From an uncultured Dehalococcoidia bacterium (GTDB lineage Bacteria > Chloroflexota > Dehalococcoidia > Lucifugimonadales > UBA1127): DNA of 64,000 nucleotides. This document shows positions 27,908 to 38,408 of the stretch, one piece after another (position 1 is the stretch's first letter; each line of letters opens with the position of its first letter). A program made the position numbers and the translations under genes. The notes beneath the pieces are model-generated. The model ran no database searches. It was given only the letters and a program-made list of their open reading frames with translations, and was not told the DNA's origin. Location: positions 15,450 through 79,449 of the forward strand of contig CAZTCW010000001.1 in NCBI GenBank assembly GCA_964612825.1. The letters run 5' to 3'.

Positions 27908-29194
27908 TTACTCCATGATTGGCCGAACAACGATTGTTTCTTTCCTATGGGGCCCTGTTGAAATGAGATCTATAGGACATCCCATGGCCTCTTGGAGGAA
28001 TTCTATATATTTTTTAGCCAATTTAGGAAGGTCTTCCCATCGTGTTAGGCCCGCGGTCGGTTGATCCCAGCCAGGCAGTTCTTCGTAGATGGGTTTACAC
28101 TCGCTGAGAATCGTCGAATTAGTTGGGAATTGATTGGTAACAGTTCCATTGATTTCGTAACCTACGCAAACTTTCACAATAGGGAACCCATCAAGTACAT
28201 CCAATCTCGTGAGAATTGCCCCGGTAAAATCATTTACTTCCACGCTGTAATGGGCGGCCACTGCGTCGAACCAGCCGCAACGTCTCGCCCTCCCGGTAGT
28301 AGCTCCATATTCCCCTGCTCGTTCCCTAATTAGTGCTCCAGTGGCCTCGTCCAATTCCGAAGGCATCGGGCCACTACCGACGCGCGTGGTGTAAGCTTTA
28401 TAAATACCGATAATTTTCTTTAGCGATCCAGGGCCAATTCCTAATCCTGTAGATATTCCGCCTACTGTTGGATTGGAAGATGTAACAAATGGATAAGTGC
28501 CATGATCTAAATCTAAAAGAGAACCTTGTGCTCCTTCAATCAACACATTCTCACCGTTCTTTAATGCTAATCTAGCGGTTTGTTCAACCGGATGAACAAA
28601 CGGCTTGAGCCATTCTGCCCAAGAGAGACACTGCTCATACATCTCTTTTGCGGAGAAGGGCTTTTCGTTGTAGATTTTGGTAATAAGGGCATTTTTGTGG
28701 TCTAAAATATTTTCCAATTGTCCAGAAAGGGCTTTGGTGTTTAGTAATTCTGCAACTCTTATTCCGATTCGAGCAGCTTTATCTACGTAGGCAGGACCTA
28801 CTCCTCTCCCTGTAGTCCCAAGCGCTCTTCCCTTGCGAGCCCTTTCCTCAAATTGGTCTAGAGCGATGTGGTACGGCATGATAATGTGAGCCCGGTCACT
28901 GATTTGGAGCTTGGAAATATCTATCCCGCGAGTCCTAAGTTCTTCCAATTCCTGTTTGATAACATCAATGTCGATGACCACTCCATTGCCAACCACGCAC
29001 GTGGTTTGCGGCCAACATATTCCAGCCGGGACAAGATGAAGTTTAAACTCGCCAAATTCGTTTATAACGGTATGCCCAGCATTGTTGCCACCTGAATAGC
29101 GCGCGACTATCCCGGCATTTTGGGAGAGGAAATCGATGATTTTCCCCTTTCCTTCGTCACCCCATTGTCCGCCTATAACAGCATAGCCTGGCAT
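27908..29194 (-). CDS. purA: Adenylosuccinate synthetase
   Basis: QWGDEGKGK, GGNNAGHT, EGAQG, GATTGRARRCGWFD; ATG at 29194 after GGAGGA. Confidence 0.98.
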   Translation of the reverse strand: MPGYAVIGGQWGDEGKGKIIDFLSQNAGIVARYSGGNNAGHTVINEFGEFKLHLVPAGICWPQTTCVVGNGVVIDIDVIKQELEELRTRGIDISKLQISDRAHIIMPYHIALDQFEERARKGRALGTTGRGVGPAYVDKAARIGIRVAELLNTKALSGQLENILDHKNALITKIYNEKPFSAKEMYEQCLSWAEWLKPFVHPVEQTARLALKNGENVLIEGAQGSLLDLDHGTYPFVTSSNPTVGGISTGLGIGPGSLKKIIGIYKAYTTRVGSGPMPSELDEATGALIRERAGEYGATTGRARRCGWFDAVAAHYSVEVNDFTGAILTRLDVLDGFPIVKVCVGYEINGTVTNQFPTNSTILSECKPIYEELPGWDQPTAGLTRWEDLPKLAKKYIEFLQEAMGCPIDLISTGPHRKETIVVRPIME

Positions 29195-29415
29195 TGAATC
29201 CTCCAGTGAAATCAAAAGAGAACAAACACCCTATTCTATCAACGAATCGAAAATGTGCAAGTGGTAAATGCTTAATGTAGTCCTTCACTTAGGATAATAT
29301 TGTTTCCTAAACGGCTTGTGTTTCCTGTGATATAATTGGCTGTAGGAAAAATTCATACTCTACTCACTATGTATGTTCCTAATTCAAATTTTCGTGCTGA
29401 GGTATATACGTATCA

Positions 29416-30360
29416 ATGCTTGAGGAATTGAAAGTTTTTTCTGGCACTGCAAATCCCTCACTGGCTAACTCTGTTTGTCAGTACCTTAATATTCCGCTAG
29501 GCTCTGCCCAGATCTTTAAATTCAGTAATGACAACACATTCGTTCAGTACCAAGAAAATATTCGTCAACAGGACGTATTCTTGATACAGCCATTTGCATT
29601 CCCTGTTAACGATTCAATTATGGAGCTCTTGATAATGGTAGATGCGGCAAAACGAGCTTCGGCTGGTCGGATTACTATAGTTGTTCCCTATTTTAGTTAT
29701 GGTAGAACAGATAAAAAGGATCAACCTCGAGTTCCGATAACGGCTCGCTTGATCGCTGATCTCGTTACGGTGGCGGGCGCAGACAGGGTACTCACCATTG
29801 ATTTACATGCCGGGCAAATCCAAGGCTTCTTTAATATCCCTGTGGACGAACTTTCCGCATTACCCTTGTTAAGCACATATTTTCTCGATAAAGGACTGAG
29901 TGACCCCGTCGTAGTAGCCGTGGATATTGGAATCAGCAAACGTGCTCGTGATATGGCCGAACGTATAGGAGCAACTTTGGCGATCGTGGAAAAGCGACGA
30001 ATTGGGAATGTCGAACAAACGGAGAGTTTGAATGTGATCGGTGACGTATCTGGGAAAGTTGCGATTACTTTTGATGATGAAACAGATACAGGAGGTTCTC
30101 TCGCTTCCGCGGTAATTGCATTGCAGAACGCAGGAGCAAAAGAAGTATTTTCCTGTTGTACCCACGGAGTTTTCTCCGGCTCCGGAGCTCAGCGAGTTTT
30201 GGATACGGGTGTCAAAGAATTTATCGTTACTGATACGTTGCCCCAAAACGGCACGGCTTCCTATCCTTCTATCAAGGTTTTATCCGTTGCTTCTCTTTTA
30301 GGTGAGGCTATCCGAAGGATTCACTCTGGTTTATCTGTCGGAGAAATGTTTAAATCATAA
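29416..30360 (+). CDS. prs: Ribose-phosphate pyrophosphokinase
   Basis: DLHAGQIQGFFNIPVD, DDETDTGGS, THGVFSG. Confidence 0.97.
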   Translation: MLEELKVFSGTANPSLANSVCQYLNIPLGSAQIFKFSNDNTFVQYQENIRQQDVFLIQPFAFPVNDSIMELLIMVDAAKRASAGRITIVVPYFSYGRTDKKDQPRVPITARLIADLVTVAGADRVLTIDLHAGQIQGFFNIPVDELSALPLLSTYFLDKGLSDPVVVAVDIGISKRARDMAERIGATLAIVEKRRIGNVEQTESLNVIGDVSGKVAITFDDETDTGGSLASAVIALQNAGAKEVFSCCTHGVFSGSGAQRVLDTGVKEFIVTDTLPQNGTASYPSIKVLSVASLLGEAIRRIHSGLSVGEMFKS

Positions 30361-30420
30361 ACAAAGAATTATTAAGACGCGTTATTTTGTAATATTTTAA
30401 TTTCCGAAGGGTAGTTCATA

Positions 30421-33144
30421 GTGATCAGTCTTTTGCGTTCTGTAATAGGGAATCGTCAAAACCGTATTCAACGAAAACTTGATCCCATTATTCAGCAGAT
30501 CAATTCCTGGGACCCAAAATTTTCTTCGATGTCTAACCCGGAATTTATCCAGTATACAGCCCAGCTAAAAGTTCGATTAAATCACGGGGAAGGAATTGAT
30601 ACAATTCTCCCCGAGGCCTTTGCTTTGGTTCGTGAATCTTCTAAGCGGACAATTGGATTAAAGCATTTTGATGAACAGCTAATAGGGGGGATTGTTCTTC
30701 ACCAAGGGAACGTTGCCGAAATGAAGACAGGTGAAGGGAAAACCTTAGTGGCAACACTCCCAGTCTATCTAAACTCTCTAACTGAAGAGGGTGTACATGT
30801 CGTAACCGTGAACGATTATTTGGCGCGAAGGGATATTCAATGGATGGGGCCTGTTTATAATTTTGTTGGCCTCTCGGTAGCGTGTCTTCAGCACGAATCC
30901 TCATATATGTTTGACCCGGAATTTCAGAGTTCAGATAATTCTATGCAATATCTGCGGCCTATTTCCCGTCAAGAAGCATACAATGCCGATGTAACCTACG
31001 GAACTAACCATGAATTTGGCTTCGATTTCTTGCGAGATAATATGGCAATTGAACAATCTCAACTGGTTCAACGGAACCTTAATTACGCAATCGTTGATGA
31101 GGTGGATTATATTCTTATCGATGAGGCTCGGACTCCCCTAATTATTAGCGGTCCTGCTCAGGAAGCAACACAATCTTATGCGGCGATGGCTCGCATTTCT
31201 ACAAGGTTGTCGGAGGAAATCGACTATTTGGTGGACGAAAAAACTAGGGCATTAACCCTTACGGAAGAAGGGATAACTAAATCTGAAAAATTTTTGAACT
31301 TAGAAAATTTGTATGACCCGGAAAATTCGTTATTAGTTCATTTTTTGGAAAATTCTCTGAGAGCTGAAGCGATCTTTAAAAAGGATAGAGATTATGTAGT
31401 TAAAGATGGGGAAGTGGTAATCGTAGATGAGTTTACAGGCAGACTTATGGATGGAAGAAGGTATTCGGATGGGCTACATCAAGCGATAGAAGCCAAAGAA
31501 CATCTCGAAGTGCAAAGAGAATCTTTAACCTATGCTAGTATCACTTTACAAAACTATTTCCGGATGTATAAAAAGCTTTCAGGTATGACAGGAACAGCAT
31601 CGACTGAATCAGAAGAATTTATCAGCATTTATAGGTTGGATGTGATAGAAATTCCAACACATCAACCAATGGTTCGGGAAGATGCTCCGGATTTAATATT
31701 TAAAACCATAGATTCCAAATGGAAAGCCGTATCTCAGCAAATTGCAGAATGTTATCTGATTGGTCAGCCCGTTCTAGTAGGGACTACCTCGATCGAAAAC
31801 TCTGAACATTTGAGTAGGATTTTACGAAAAGATAAAATCCCCCATCAAATTTTAAATGCCAAATACCATGAACAAGAAGCCGCGATTGTATCCCAAGCAG
31901 GCAGATGGGGGGCCGTTACAGTCGCAACTAATATGGCGGGACGAGGAACAGATATTATTTTGGGTGGAAGCTTTGAAGGTATTCTGAACAAAGAACTCTT
32001 ATCCAAAGGTTATTCCACAGATACAGCTCCTAAAGAGTTTCTAGATGAGACCATACAAAAGGTACGCTCCAATTGGGATGAAGAACATGAAAAAATTATT
32101 GAGTTGGGCGGACTACTCGTATTAGGAACTGAAAAGCATGAAGCCCGGCGGATAGATAATCAGTTGAGAGGACGTTCAGGAAGACAAGGAGATCCAGGGA
32201 AATCCCAGTTCTATTGTGCACTTGATGATGAAATCATGAAGCGATTCGGAGGGGAACGGCTTAAAGGGATAATGTCGTGGGCTGGGTTTGAGGAGGATCA
32301 TCCGTTAGAAAATCGCGCCGTAAGTAAAACAATTGAGATGGCGCAGACTAGGGTGGAAGGCCATAACTTTGAGATAAGAAAACATTTGGTTGAATATGAT
32401 GATGTGATTAACCGGCATCGGGACATGATTTACACGGAACGTAGAAAAGTTTTAGAGGGGAACGACATAAAAGAAAATGTTCTCAAAATGTTGTCCAATG
32501 AGATCCGGGAAGAAGTTAATTATTGGTCTGAAGCCGAAGAGGGGAATTCCACTGAAGTAGATTCAATCATACGAAGGATTTCGTCGATCTTACCTGATTC
32601 TCATGAATTGGCTCCTGACGAATTATCGGGTCTTGATAACGCTGGAATCACAGATAAGCTACTTGATTTGCTACCTTCCTGTTACGAAACCCGAGAACAA
32701 GAACTCGGGCCCGAAATGATGAGGCGGATTGAGAAATTAATAACTCTAAGGACAATTGACAATCATTGGGTAAGGCATTTGACATCTATGGAAAACCTTC
32801 GCCAGGGGGTGGGGTTATTTGCGTATGGGCAACGCGACCCACTTATCGCCTACAGAACTCAGGGGCATCAACAGTTTCAAGAAGTTATGGGTAATATCCA
32901 ACACGACATTGCACATACCATATTTCATGTATCAGTCACCCCAGCTGAACAGAAAATTGAATCAGAGGTAACCAAGTCGCGGAATATACGAACAGGTGAC
33001 AAAGCGTTAGAGGGTCAGAACCTGAATCAAGGTCCTCTAAGGAAATTTAATTCTTTTGAAAAAAGCAACGTTAAAGTAGGTAGAAACGATGCTTGTCCAT
33101 GTGGCAGTGGGAAAAAATTCAAACGATGCCACGGTTTCGGATAA
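30421..33144 (+). CDS. secA: Preprotein translocase subunit SecA
   Basis: EMKTGEGKT, DEVD..LIDEARTPLIISG, ATNMAGRGTDI, SEC-C GRNDACPCGSGKKFKRCHG. Confidence 0.98.
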   Translation: MISLLRSVIGNRQNRIQRKLDPIIQQINSWDPKFSSMSNPEFIQYTAQLKVRLNHGEGIDTILPEAFALVRESSKRTIGLKHFDEQLIGGIVLHQGNVAEMKTGEGKTLVATLPVYLNSLTEEGVHVVTVNDYLARRDIQWMGPVYNFVGLSVACLQHESSYMFDPEFQSSDNSMQYLRPISRQEAYNADVTYGTNHEFGFDFLRDNMAIEQSQLVQRNLNYAIVDEVDYILIDEARTPLIISGPAQEATQSYAAMARISTRLSEEIDYLVDEKTRALTLTEEGITKSEKFLNLENLYDPENSLLVHFLENSLRAEAIFKKDRDYVVKDGEVVIVDEFTGRLMDGRRYSDGLHQAIEAKEHLEVQRESLTYASITLQNYFRMYKKLSGMTGTASTESEEFISIYRLDVIEIPTHQPMVREDAPDLIFKTIDSKWKAVSQQIAECYLIGQPVLVGTTSIENSEHLSRILRKDKIPHQILNAKYHEQEAAIVSQAGRWGAVTVATNMAGRGTDIILGGSFEGILNKELLSKGYSTDTAPKEFLDETIQKVRSNWDEEHEKIIELGGLLVLGTEKHEARRIDNQLRGRSGRQGDPGKSQFYCALDDEIMKRFGGERLKGIMSWAGFEEDHPLENRAVSKTIEMAQTRVEGHNFEIRKHLVEYDDVINRHRDMIYTERRKVLEGNDIKENVLKMLSNEIREEVNYWSEAEEGNSTEVDSIIRRISSILPDSHELAPDELSGLDNAGITDKLLDLLPSCYETREQELGPEMMRRIEKLITLRTIDNHWVRHLTSMENLRQGVGLFAYGQRDPLIAYRTQGHQQFQEVMGNIQHDIAHTIFHVSVTPAEQKIESEVTKSRNIRTGDKALEGQNLNQGPLRKFNSFEKSNVKVGRNDACPCGSGKKFKRCHGFG

Positions 33145-33147
33145 TTT

Positions 33148-33846
33148 ATGCGTGGCAACGAAATTCCAGTGTCAACAATTCCGCATCAGGATACCCTTTT
33201 GCCAGCATCTTGTGAGGCAGCGTTAAAACGGGTTACCGAACGCCTTAATTCCGGACACGATTGGGCCTCCGCTTTGCTGGAGGCGGTTAATCTGTGGACC
33301 CTTTCCCAAGAGGTCTACCAAGGCCGATTCTATCGTTACCTTATACAGGGAGAAGCTTTTGACTTGAAACTATTAACATATCGACTGTCACAGCCGTCAA
33401 AATCATTAATTCCCTTAAATGAGTATAGACGTTTCCTTCTTGGTGAAAACCTCCTGGGGACAATGCAAGAGCCAAACATTCGGAGAATTTTAGGGCCATT
33501 AAAATACCAAGGATATCTGAATTATTGGTATGGAATAACTGTTGAAATGGCTTTACAACTGGTAGTTTTTAGTGAGGTGAGAAAAGAACAAGTGGGGCGT
33601 GGACGGATTCTGAAGCGTTATAATCTAACAGAAGTGTATGGGCGAATATATGGGTCTTCGCCCATCATTTTGTTTGAAGAATTTAAGCGAACCTTTGATT
33701 CTCCTGATTCGATTAAATCTGTTTTTGGGAACTCAAAAGAATTCCTTTATTGGTTATTCAAACATCGGCTATCCATATGTGAAAAAGAACGAATCGCAAG
33801 TGATACAAAGAAGGCTTTAGAGTGGCTCCAGAATCAGGAACCTTAA
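33148..33846 (+). CDS. Hypothetical protein co-transcribed with secA
   Basis: 232-aa ORF starting 3 nt after the secA stop; aromatic-rich and helical-looking; no family recognised. Confidence 0.75.
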   Translation: MRGNEIPVSTIPHQDTLLPASCEAALKRVTERLNSGHDWASALLEAVNLWTLSQEVYQGRFYRYLIQGEAFDLKLLTYRLSQPSKSLIPLNEYRRFLLGENLLGTMQEPNIRRILGPLKYQGYLNYWYGITVEMALQLVVFSEVRKEQVGRGRILKRYNLTEVYGRIYGSSPIILFEEFKRTFDSPDSIKSVFGNSKEFLYWLFKHRLSICEKERIASDTKKALEWLQNQEP

Positions 33847-33873
33847 ATCAAATCCCACCAGTGTATTTCAAGG

Positions 33874-34353
33874 ATGAAAGACATGAGTAACATAGAAATT
33901 CTTCCAGTCAGAAGAACCGGAAAGGTCGTCTCTTCCATGGCATTGGGGGCGATATGTCTATTTATCCTACTAATTGTAATCGTTGGTTGCGGCGCTAATC
34001 AAAATCCTGTCTTAGAAGAGTGTGTAACCCATGAAGAGGGGGGGATTCATTTTCACGTCAGTTTGGTTACCGTTCACAATAAACAACCCCAAATGCTTCC
34101 AGGGGGAATAGGAATTACTAATGACTGCATGAAACCTCTTCATACTCATGCGGAAGATTTTCTGATTCACGTTGAATACGATAAGCCGTATGAATTTTCT
34201 ATGGGTGATTTTTTTGAGGTGTGGGGGACGGAAAATCCTTACATTAATTCTGAGGTAGTGAGTATATCCCTTAATGGGAAAAGATATAATGGTGATTATA
34301 GGGAATTACTCTTAGAAGATGCCCAAAATGTAGTCATTGAATTTGAAAATTAA
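33874..34353 (+). CDS. Hypothetical secreted/lipoprotein with His-rich motifs
   Basis: Hydrophobic stretch plus IVGC lipobox; IHFH, LHTH, IHVE. Confidence 0.7.
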   Translation: MKDMSNIEILPVRRTGKVVSSMALGAICLFILLIVIVGCGANQNPVLEECVTHEEGGIHFHVSLVTVHNKQPQMLPGGIGITNDCMKPLHTHAEDFLIHVEYDKPYEFSMGDFFEVWGTENPYINSEVVSISLNGKRYNGDYRELLLEDAQNVVIEFEN

Positions 34354-34384
34354 ATTCAATGATTGCAATGAAGCGAATTGTAAT

Positions 34385-37054
34385 TCAGTTTCCGATATGT
34401 TTGAGTAGGTCAACAATTTTTGACTTGCGTTCCAGCATTGAATTTTGACGTTCTCGCTCCCGTTCAATAACCTCATCCGGAGCTTTATTTAGGAAATTGG
34501 GGTCAGCCATTCTCCCTCCAAGACGTTCCAAACTTTGCTCTGTTTGGTTGAGTTCTTCGTTCAATCTACCCAATTCCTTTTTCACATCTATGATTCCTTC
34601 CATAGGAACAGAAACCGTAATTGGGCCAAGTACAACCGTCACGGCATTCTCTGGACGAAGGGAAATTTCTGAAGAAAAAAATTCTATCGAGCCAATTCTG
34701 CCCAAGGCCTGAATCATTGGTATTTGGCCTTGGATTAAAGGCATCATATTTCCGGGGTCTACAAAAACTTCAATCAATTTTCTTGGAGGTATGTGGAATT
34801 CGGAACGGATGTTTCGGACTGCTCGAATCATTGCCGTTAGTGCGCCGAACTGATCCTCGGCATCAATATCTATTGATTGGGGATTAAAGGTGGGGTAATT
34901 CGCTACCATTATGGATTCGGGTTGATTCGGGTGGTCTAGAAATCTTGTTTTCAAGAGTTGCCATAACTCCTCTGTAATAAATGGCATAAATGGGTGTAGT
35001 AATCTCAGTGTTTGTTCCAAAACGTACATGAGCGTTGGTAATGGAGAATCCTCTTCGTTACCATCAAACCGAAGTTTAGAGACCTCGATATACCAATCAC
35101 AAAATTCATTCCAGAGAAAATCATAAATGGCTAATTCTGCCTCTCCGATTTGGTAATCGTCTAAGGCTTGCTGAACTCGTTCGGTCGTGCGAGAGAGTCG
35201 GCTTATTATCCACCGGTCTTCTAAATGGGTTAAGTTAGAATAAGCTCCTTCGAAACGAAATTTCGTGCCCTCGGTACTAGTGAGAACGAACCTGGTTGCG
35301 TTCCATAACTTATTTGCAAAGTTCCTGGCGGATTCAAGTTTGTCGTCTCCTAATCTTGTGTCGTTTCCGGGGGTAGTACCAACCGTTAAGGCGAATCTCA
35401 ATGCGTCGCATCCGTATGTATCTATAGTTTGTAATGGATCGATAACATTTCCTTTGGTTTTGCTCATTTTTATCCCACTTGGATCGCGGATTAAACCGCT
35501 TAGGTATACCGTTTGGAACGGGATTTCCCCCGTGTTCTCCAACCCCAACATGATCATTCTGGCGACCCAAAAAAACAAAATATCGTGACCGGTTTCCATA
35601 ACTGCGGTTGGGTAAAAATATGCTAAATCCTCCGTGTTGTCTGGCCAGCCTAATGTAGAGTGAGGCCATAGTCCCGAACTAAACCATGTGTCCAAGACAT
35701 CTGGATCTTGGAATAAATCGGTCGATCCGCAAACTGTGCAGGTTTCTGGTTCTTTGGTCGATACATTTTGGGAATCACAGTTGTTGCAGTACCATACTGG
35801 GATACGATGTCCCCACCATAATTGCCGACTAATGCACCAATCTTTGATATTGTCCATCCAGTTTTGATAAACCCTGGAAAAATGTTGTGGGATGATCTGT
35901 ATACGTCCATCTTGAACCGCGTCAATTGCAGGTTTCGCTAAAGGGGCCATGTGCATAAACCATTGTTTGCTAATAAGTGGTTCTATAACCTGGTTGCATC
36001 TTTGGCAATGTCCTACTGAGTGAATGTGGGGTTCAATTTTCTCTAATGAGCCTTCTTCGGATAATCTTTGAACGATGGATTCCCTACATTGAAATCGATC
36101 AATTCCTTGAAATTCACCGGCGAATTCCGACATTTTCCCGTCTAATCCAATGACTGTAATCGGTTCAAGATTATGTCGTAGTCCGATTTCATAATCGGTC
36201 GGATCATGACTTGGAGTGACCTTTAAAGCTCCGGTGCCGAAAGACGTCTCTACCGTGTTATCCCTAATGATTGGTATCTCTCGTCCAAGGATAGGTATTC
36301 GCAAGTTTTCGTCTTGGATACCAACGTAGCGGGAATCATCTGGATTCACGGCAATCGCGGCATCTCCCAACATAGTTTCAGGTCTTGTCGTTGCCACGCA
36401 AATGAACCCGGTTCTTTCTATAAAGGGGTAACGAATATAGTACAAAGTTCCTTGGACCTCTTGATGAATAACTTCAAGATCCGAAAGAGCTGTTGAACAA
36501 CGCGGGCACCAATTTATAATTCTCTCTCCCTTGTATATTAATCCTTTGTTATAGAGATTCACAAACGTTTGTCTGACAGCCTTGCTAGGGTTAGGGTCCA
36601 AGGTGAATTGTTCTCTGCTCCAGTCACAAGAAGCGCCCAAACGTTGCTGTTGCGTCCGGATTCGCTCTCGATATTTATTCACCCAATCCCACATTCGCTG
36701 GAGAAACTTTTCTCTTCCAATATCGTGCCTGGAAAGGCCTTCGTTGGCGAGTTCTCGTTCAACAACTACCTGGGTGGCGATACCAGCATGGTCAACCCCA
36801 GGTAGCCAGAGTGTGGGATCCCCTTTCATTCGGTGCCAACGACTTAAAATATCTTCTACCGTAGCCCTTTGGGCATGGCCTAAATGTAATTCACCAGTCA
36901 CATTGGGCGGGGGTTGAATAATTACAAATGGTGATTTCGTTTTATCAATCTTTGGAGTAAAAAATCCGCCTTCAAGCCAAGACCGGTAAATTCGTCCTTC
37001 GACTTCTTGTGGGTTGTATGTGGTCGAGATTCCGGAGGTTTGTTTATCTGTCAT
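34385..37054 (-). CDS. valS: Valine--tRNA ligase
   Basis: PPPNVTGELHLGH, DWCISRQLWWGH, KMSKTKGN, C-terminal coiled coil. Confidence 0.98.
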   Translation of the reverse strand: MTDKQTSGISTTYNPQEVEGRIYRSWLEGGFFTPKIDKTKSPFVIIQPPPNVTGELHLGHAQRATVEDILSRWHRMKGDPTLWLPGVDHAGIATQVVVERELANEGLSRHDIGREKFLQRMWDWVNKYRERIRTQQQRLGASCDWSREQFTLDPNPSKAVRQTFVNLYNKGLIYKGERIINWCPRCSTALSDLEVIHQEVQGTLYYIRYPFIERTGFICVATTRPETMLGDAAIAVNPDDSRYVGIQDENLRIPILGREIPIIRDNTVETSFGTGALKVTPSHDPTDYEIGLRHNLEPITVIGLDGKMSEFAGEFQGIDRFQCRESIVQRLSEEGSLEKIEPHIHSVGHCQRCNQVIEPLISKQWFMHMAPLAKPAIDAVQDGRIQIIPQHFSRVYQNWMDNIKDWCISRQLWWGHRIPVWYCNNCDSQNVSTKEPETCTVCGSTDLFQDPDVLDTWFSSGLWPHSTLGWPDNTEDLAYFYPTAVMETGHDILFFWVARMIMLGLENTGEIPFQTVYLSGLIRDPSGIKMSKTKGNVIDPLQTIDTYGCDALRFALTVGTTPGNDTRLGDDKLESARNFANKLWNATRFVLTSTEGTKFRFEGAYSNLTHLEDRWIISRLSRTTERVQQALDDYQIGEAELAIYDFLWNEFCDWYIEVSKLRFDGNEEDSPLPTLMYVLEQTLRLLHPFMPFITEELWQLLKTRFLDHPNQPESIMVANYPTFNPQSIDIDAEDQFGALTAMIRAVRNIRSEFHIPPRKLIEVFVDPGNMMPLIQGQIPMIQALGRIGSIEFFSSEISLRPENAVTVVLGPITVSVPMEGIIDVKKELGRLNEELNQTEQSLERLGGRMADPNFLNKAPDEVIERERERQNSMLERKSKIVDLLKHIGN

Positions 37055-37156
37055 AATTTACCTGTATATTGATTGATTCGCTCTTTAGGTGATTCTTGAT
37101 GGTAGATGAGCGCTAGTTTCTGAAGTAAGGGGACGAACCCTATGTCGACCCGACTT

Positions 37157-38374
37157 TTATTCTTTTTCATCGCGGGCCTTAAACAATTGATGTAGTTTGT
37201 CAAGAATGTGATGGGCCACTTCCAATTTTGAAATTAGGGGTAATGGATTAATTGATCCATTCGGTTCGATGAAAGTAACTTGATTTGTATCTGCTCCAAA
37301 GCCACTATTTGGTATTGTCACGTCGTTAGCGACAATAAATGCCAGGTTTTTCTCAATTAGTTTCCGTTTAGCATTTTCAATTATGTTTTCAGTTTCAGCC
37401 GCGAATCCAACCCGGATAACATTGCTAGGGAATTCGCTGGAAAAATCCTCGTTTTGTTCTAAGAGGAGTTCTAATGTTTCTTGAGATTTTTTCCGTTTAA
37501 TCTTATTTGGTTCAAACCGTGAAACACGGAAATCGCTGATCGCTGCTGCCATTATTACGGCATCTGCAGAAATACAGCTTGTGAGGATTTCATTCTTCAT
37601 GTTTTCTACTGTGTCCGTTATCCGTATTCTTACTCCCACTGGCGGGGATATATTGGTTGTAGAGGAGACTAAAGTAACATTGGCTCCGCGATCCCTTGCA
37701 GCTTCCGCAATTGCGTAGCCCATTTTCCCAGAGGACCTATTAGTTATTATCCGGACTGGGTCAATCGCTTCATGTGTTCCCCCTGCGCTAATTACAATAG
37801 ATCGTCCTGCAAGATCTCCGTTTTGCCCTAAAATCCAGCAAATATGTCCTAAAATTTCTGATGGATCACTCATCCGTCCTTTGCCTATTTTGCCTGAAGA
37901 AAGATAACCTTCATTCGGTCCAACAACATTGGATCCTCTTTTTAGTATTGTAGATAAATTATTTTGGAAAGCTTCATTGTGAAACATATTTGCATCCATT
38001 GCAGGAGCAACTAAAATTGGAGCCTTAGTGGCTAATGCGGTGATGGATAGGCTGTCATCTGAGATTCCGTTTGCTAGTTTGGCTATGAAATTGGCTGTTG
38101 CTGGCGCAACCACTAGCACTGCAGCCTTATTAGCTAGGGATACATGTTCGATGGCGTGTTCAGAATTTAAATCAAAGACATCCGTAAGGACTTGATTATG
38201 GGTAATACTACGAAACGTTAGGGGGCTTACAAATTGGGTAGCACTTTTAGTCATTATTACGTGTACGTTGGCTCCCGATTGAACCAACTGGCTTGCTAGT
38301 TGGACCGCTTTGTAGCATGCAATACTACCCGTGACACCTAGAACCACGTTTTTATTTTCTAACAGACTCCCCAT
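37157..38374 (-). CDS. coaBC: Bifunctional phosphopantothenoylcysteine decarboxylase/synthase
   Basis: GVTGSIACYK, APAM, DPVRIITNRSSGKMG, GFAAET, VANDV. Confidence 0.97.
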   Translation of the reverse strand: MGSLLENKNVVLGVTGSIACYKAVQLASQLVQSGANVHVIMTKSATQFVSPLTFRSITHNQVLTDVFDLNSEHAIEHVSLANKAAVLVVAPATANFIAKLANGISDDSLSITALATKAPILVAPAMDANMFHNEAFQNNLSTILKRGSNVVGPNEGYLSSGKIGKGRMSDPSEILGHICWILGQNGDLAGRSIVISAGGTHEAIDPVRIITNRSSGKMGYAIAEAARDRGANVTLVSSTTNISPPVGVRIRITDTVENMKNEILTSCISADAVIMAAAISDFRVSRFEPNKIKRKKSQETLELLLEQNEDFSSEFPSNVIRVGFAAETENIIENAKRKLIEKNLAFIVANDVTIPNSGFGADTNQVTFIEPNGSINPLPLISKLEVAHHILDKLHQLFKARDEKE

Positions 38375-38408
38375 CGTTGTACCTTCACCTGAATTGGATT
38401 CTTATTAT

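Noticed and set aside
37055-37156. T-box leader upstream of valS
   Set aside because: The gap is only about 100 nt and has no recognisable T-box or specifier loop.
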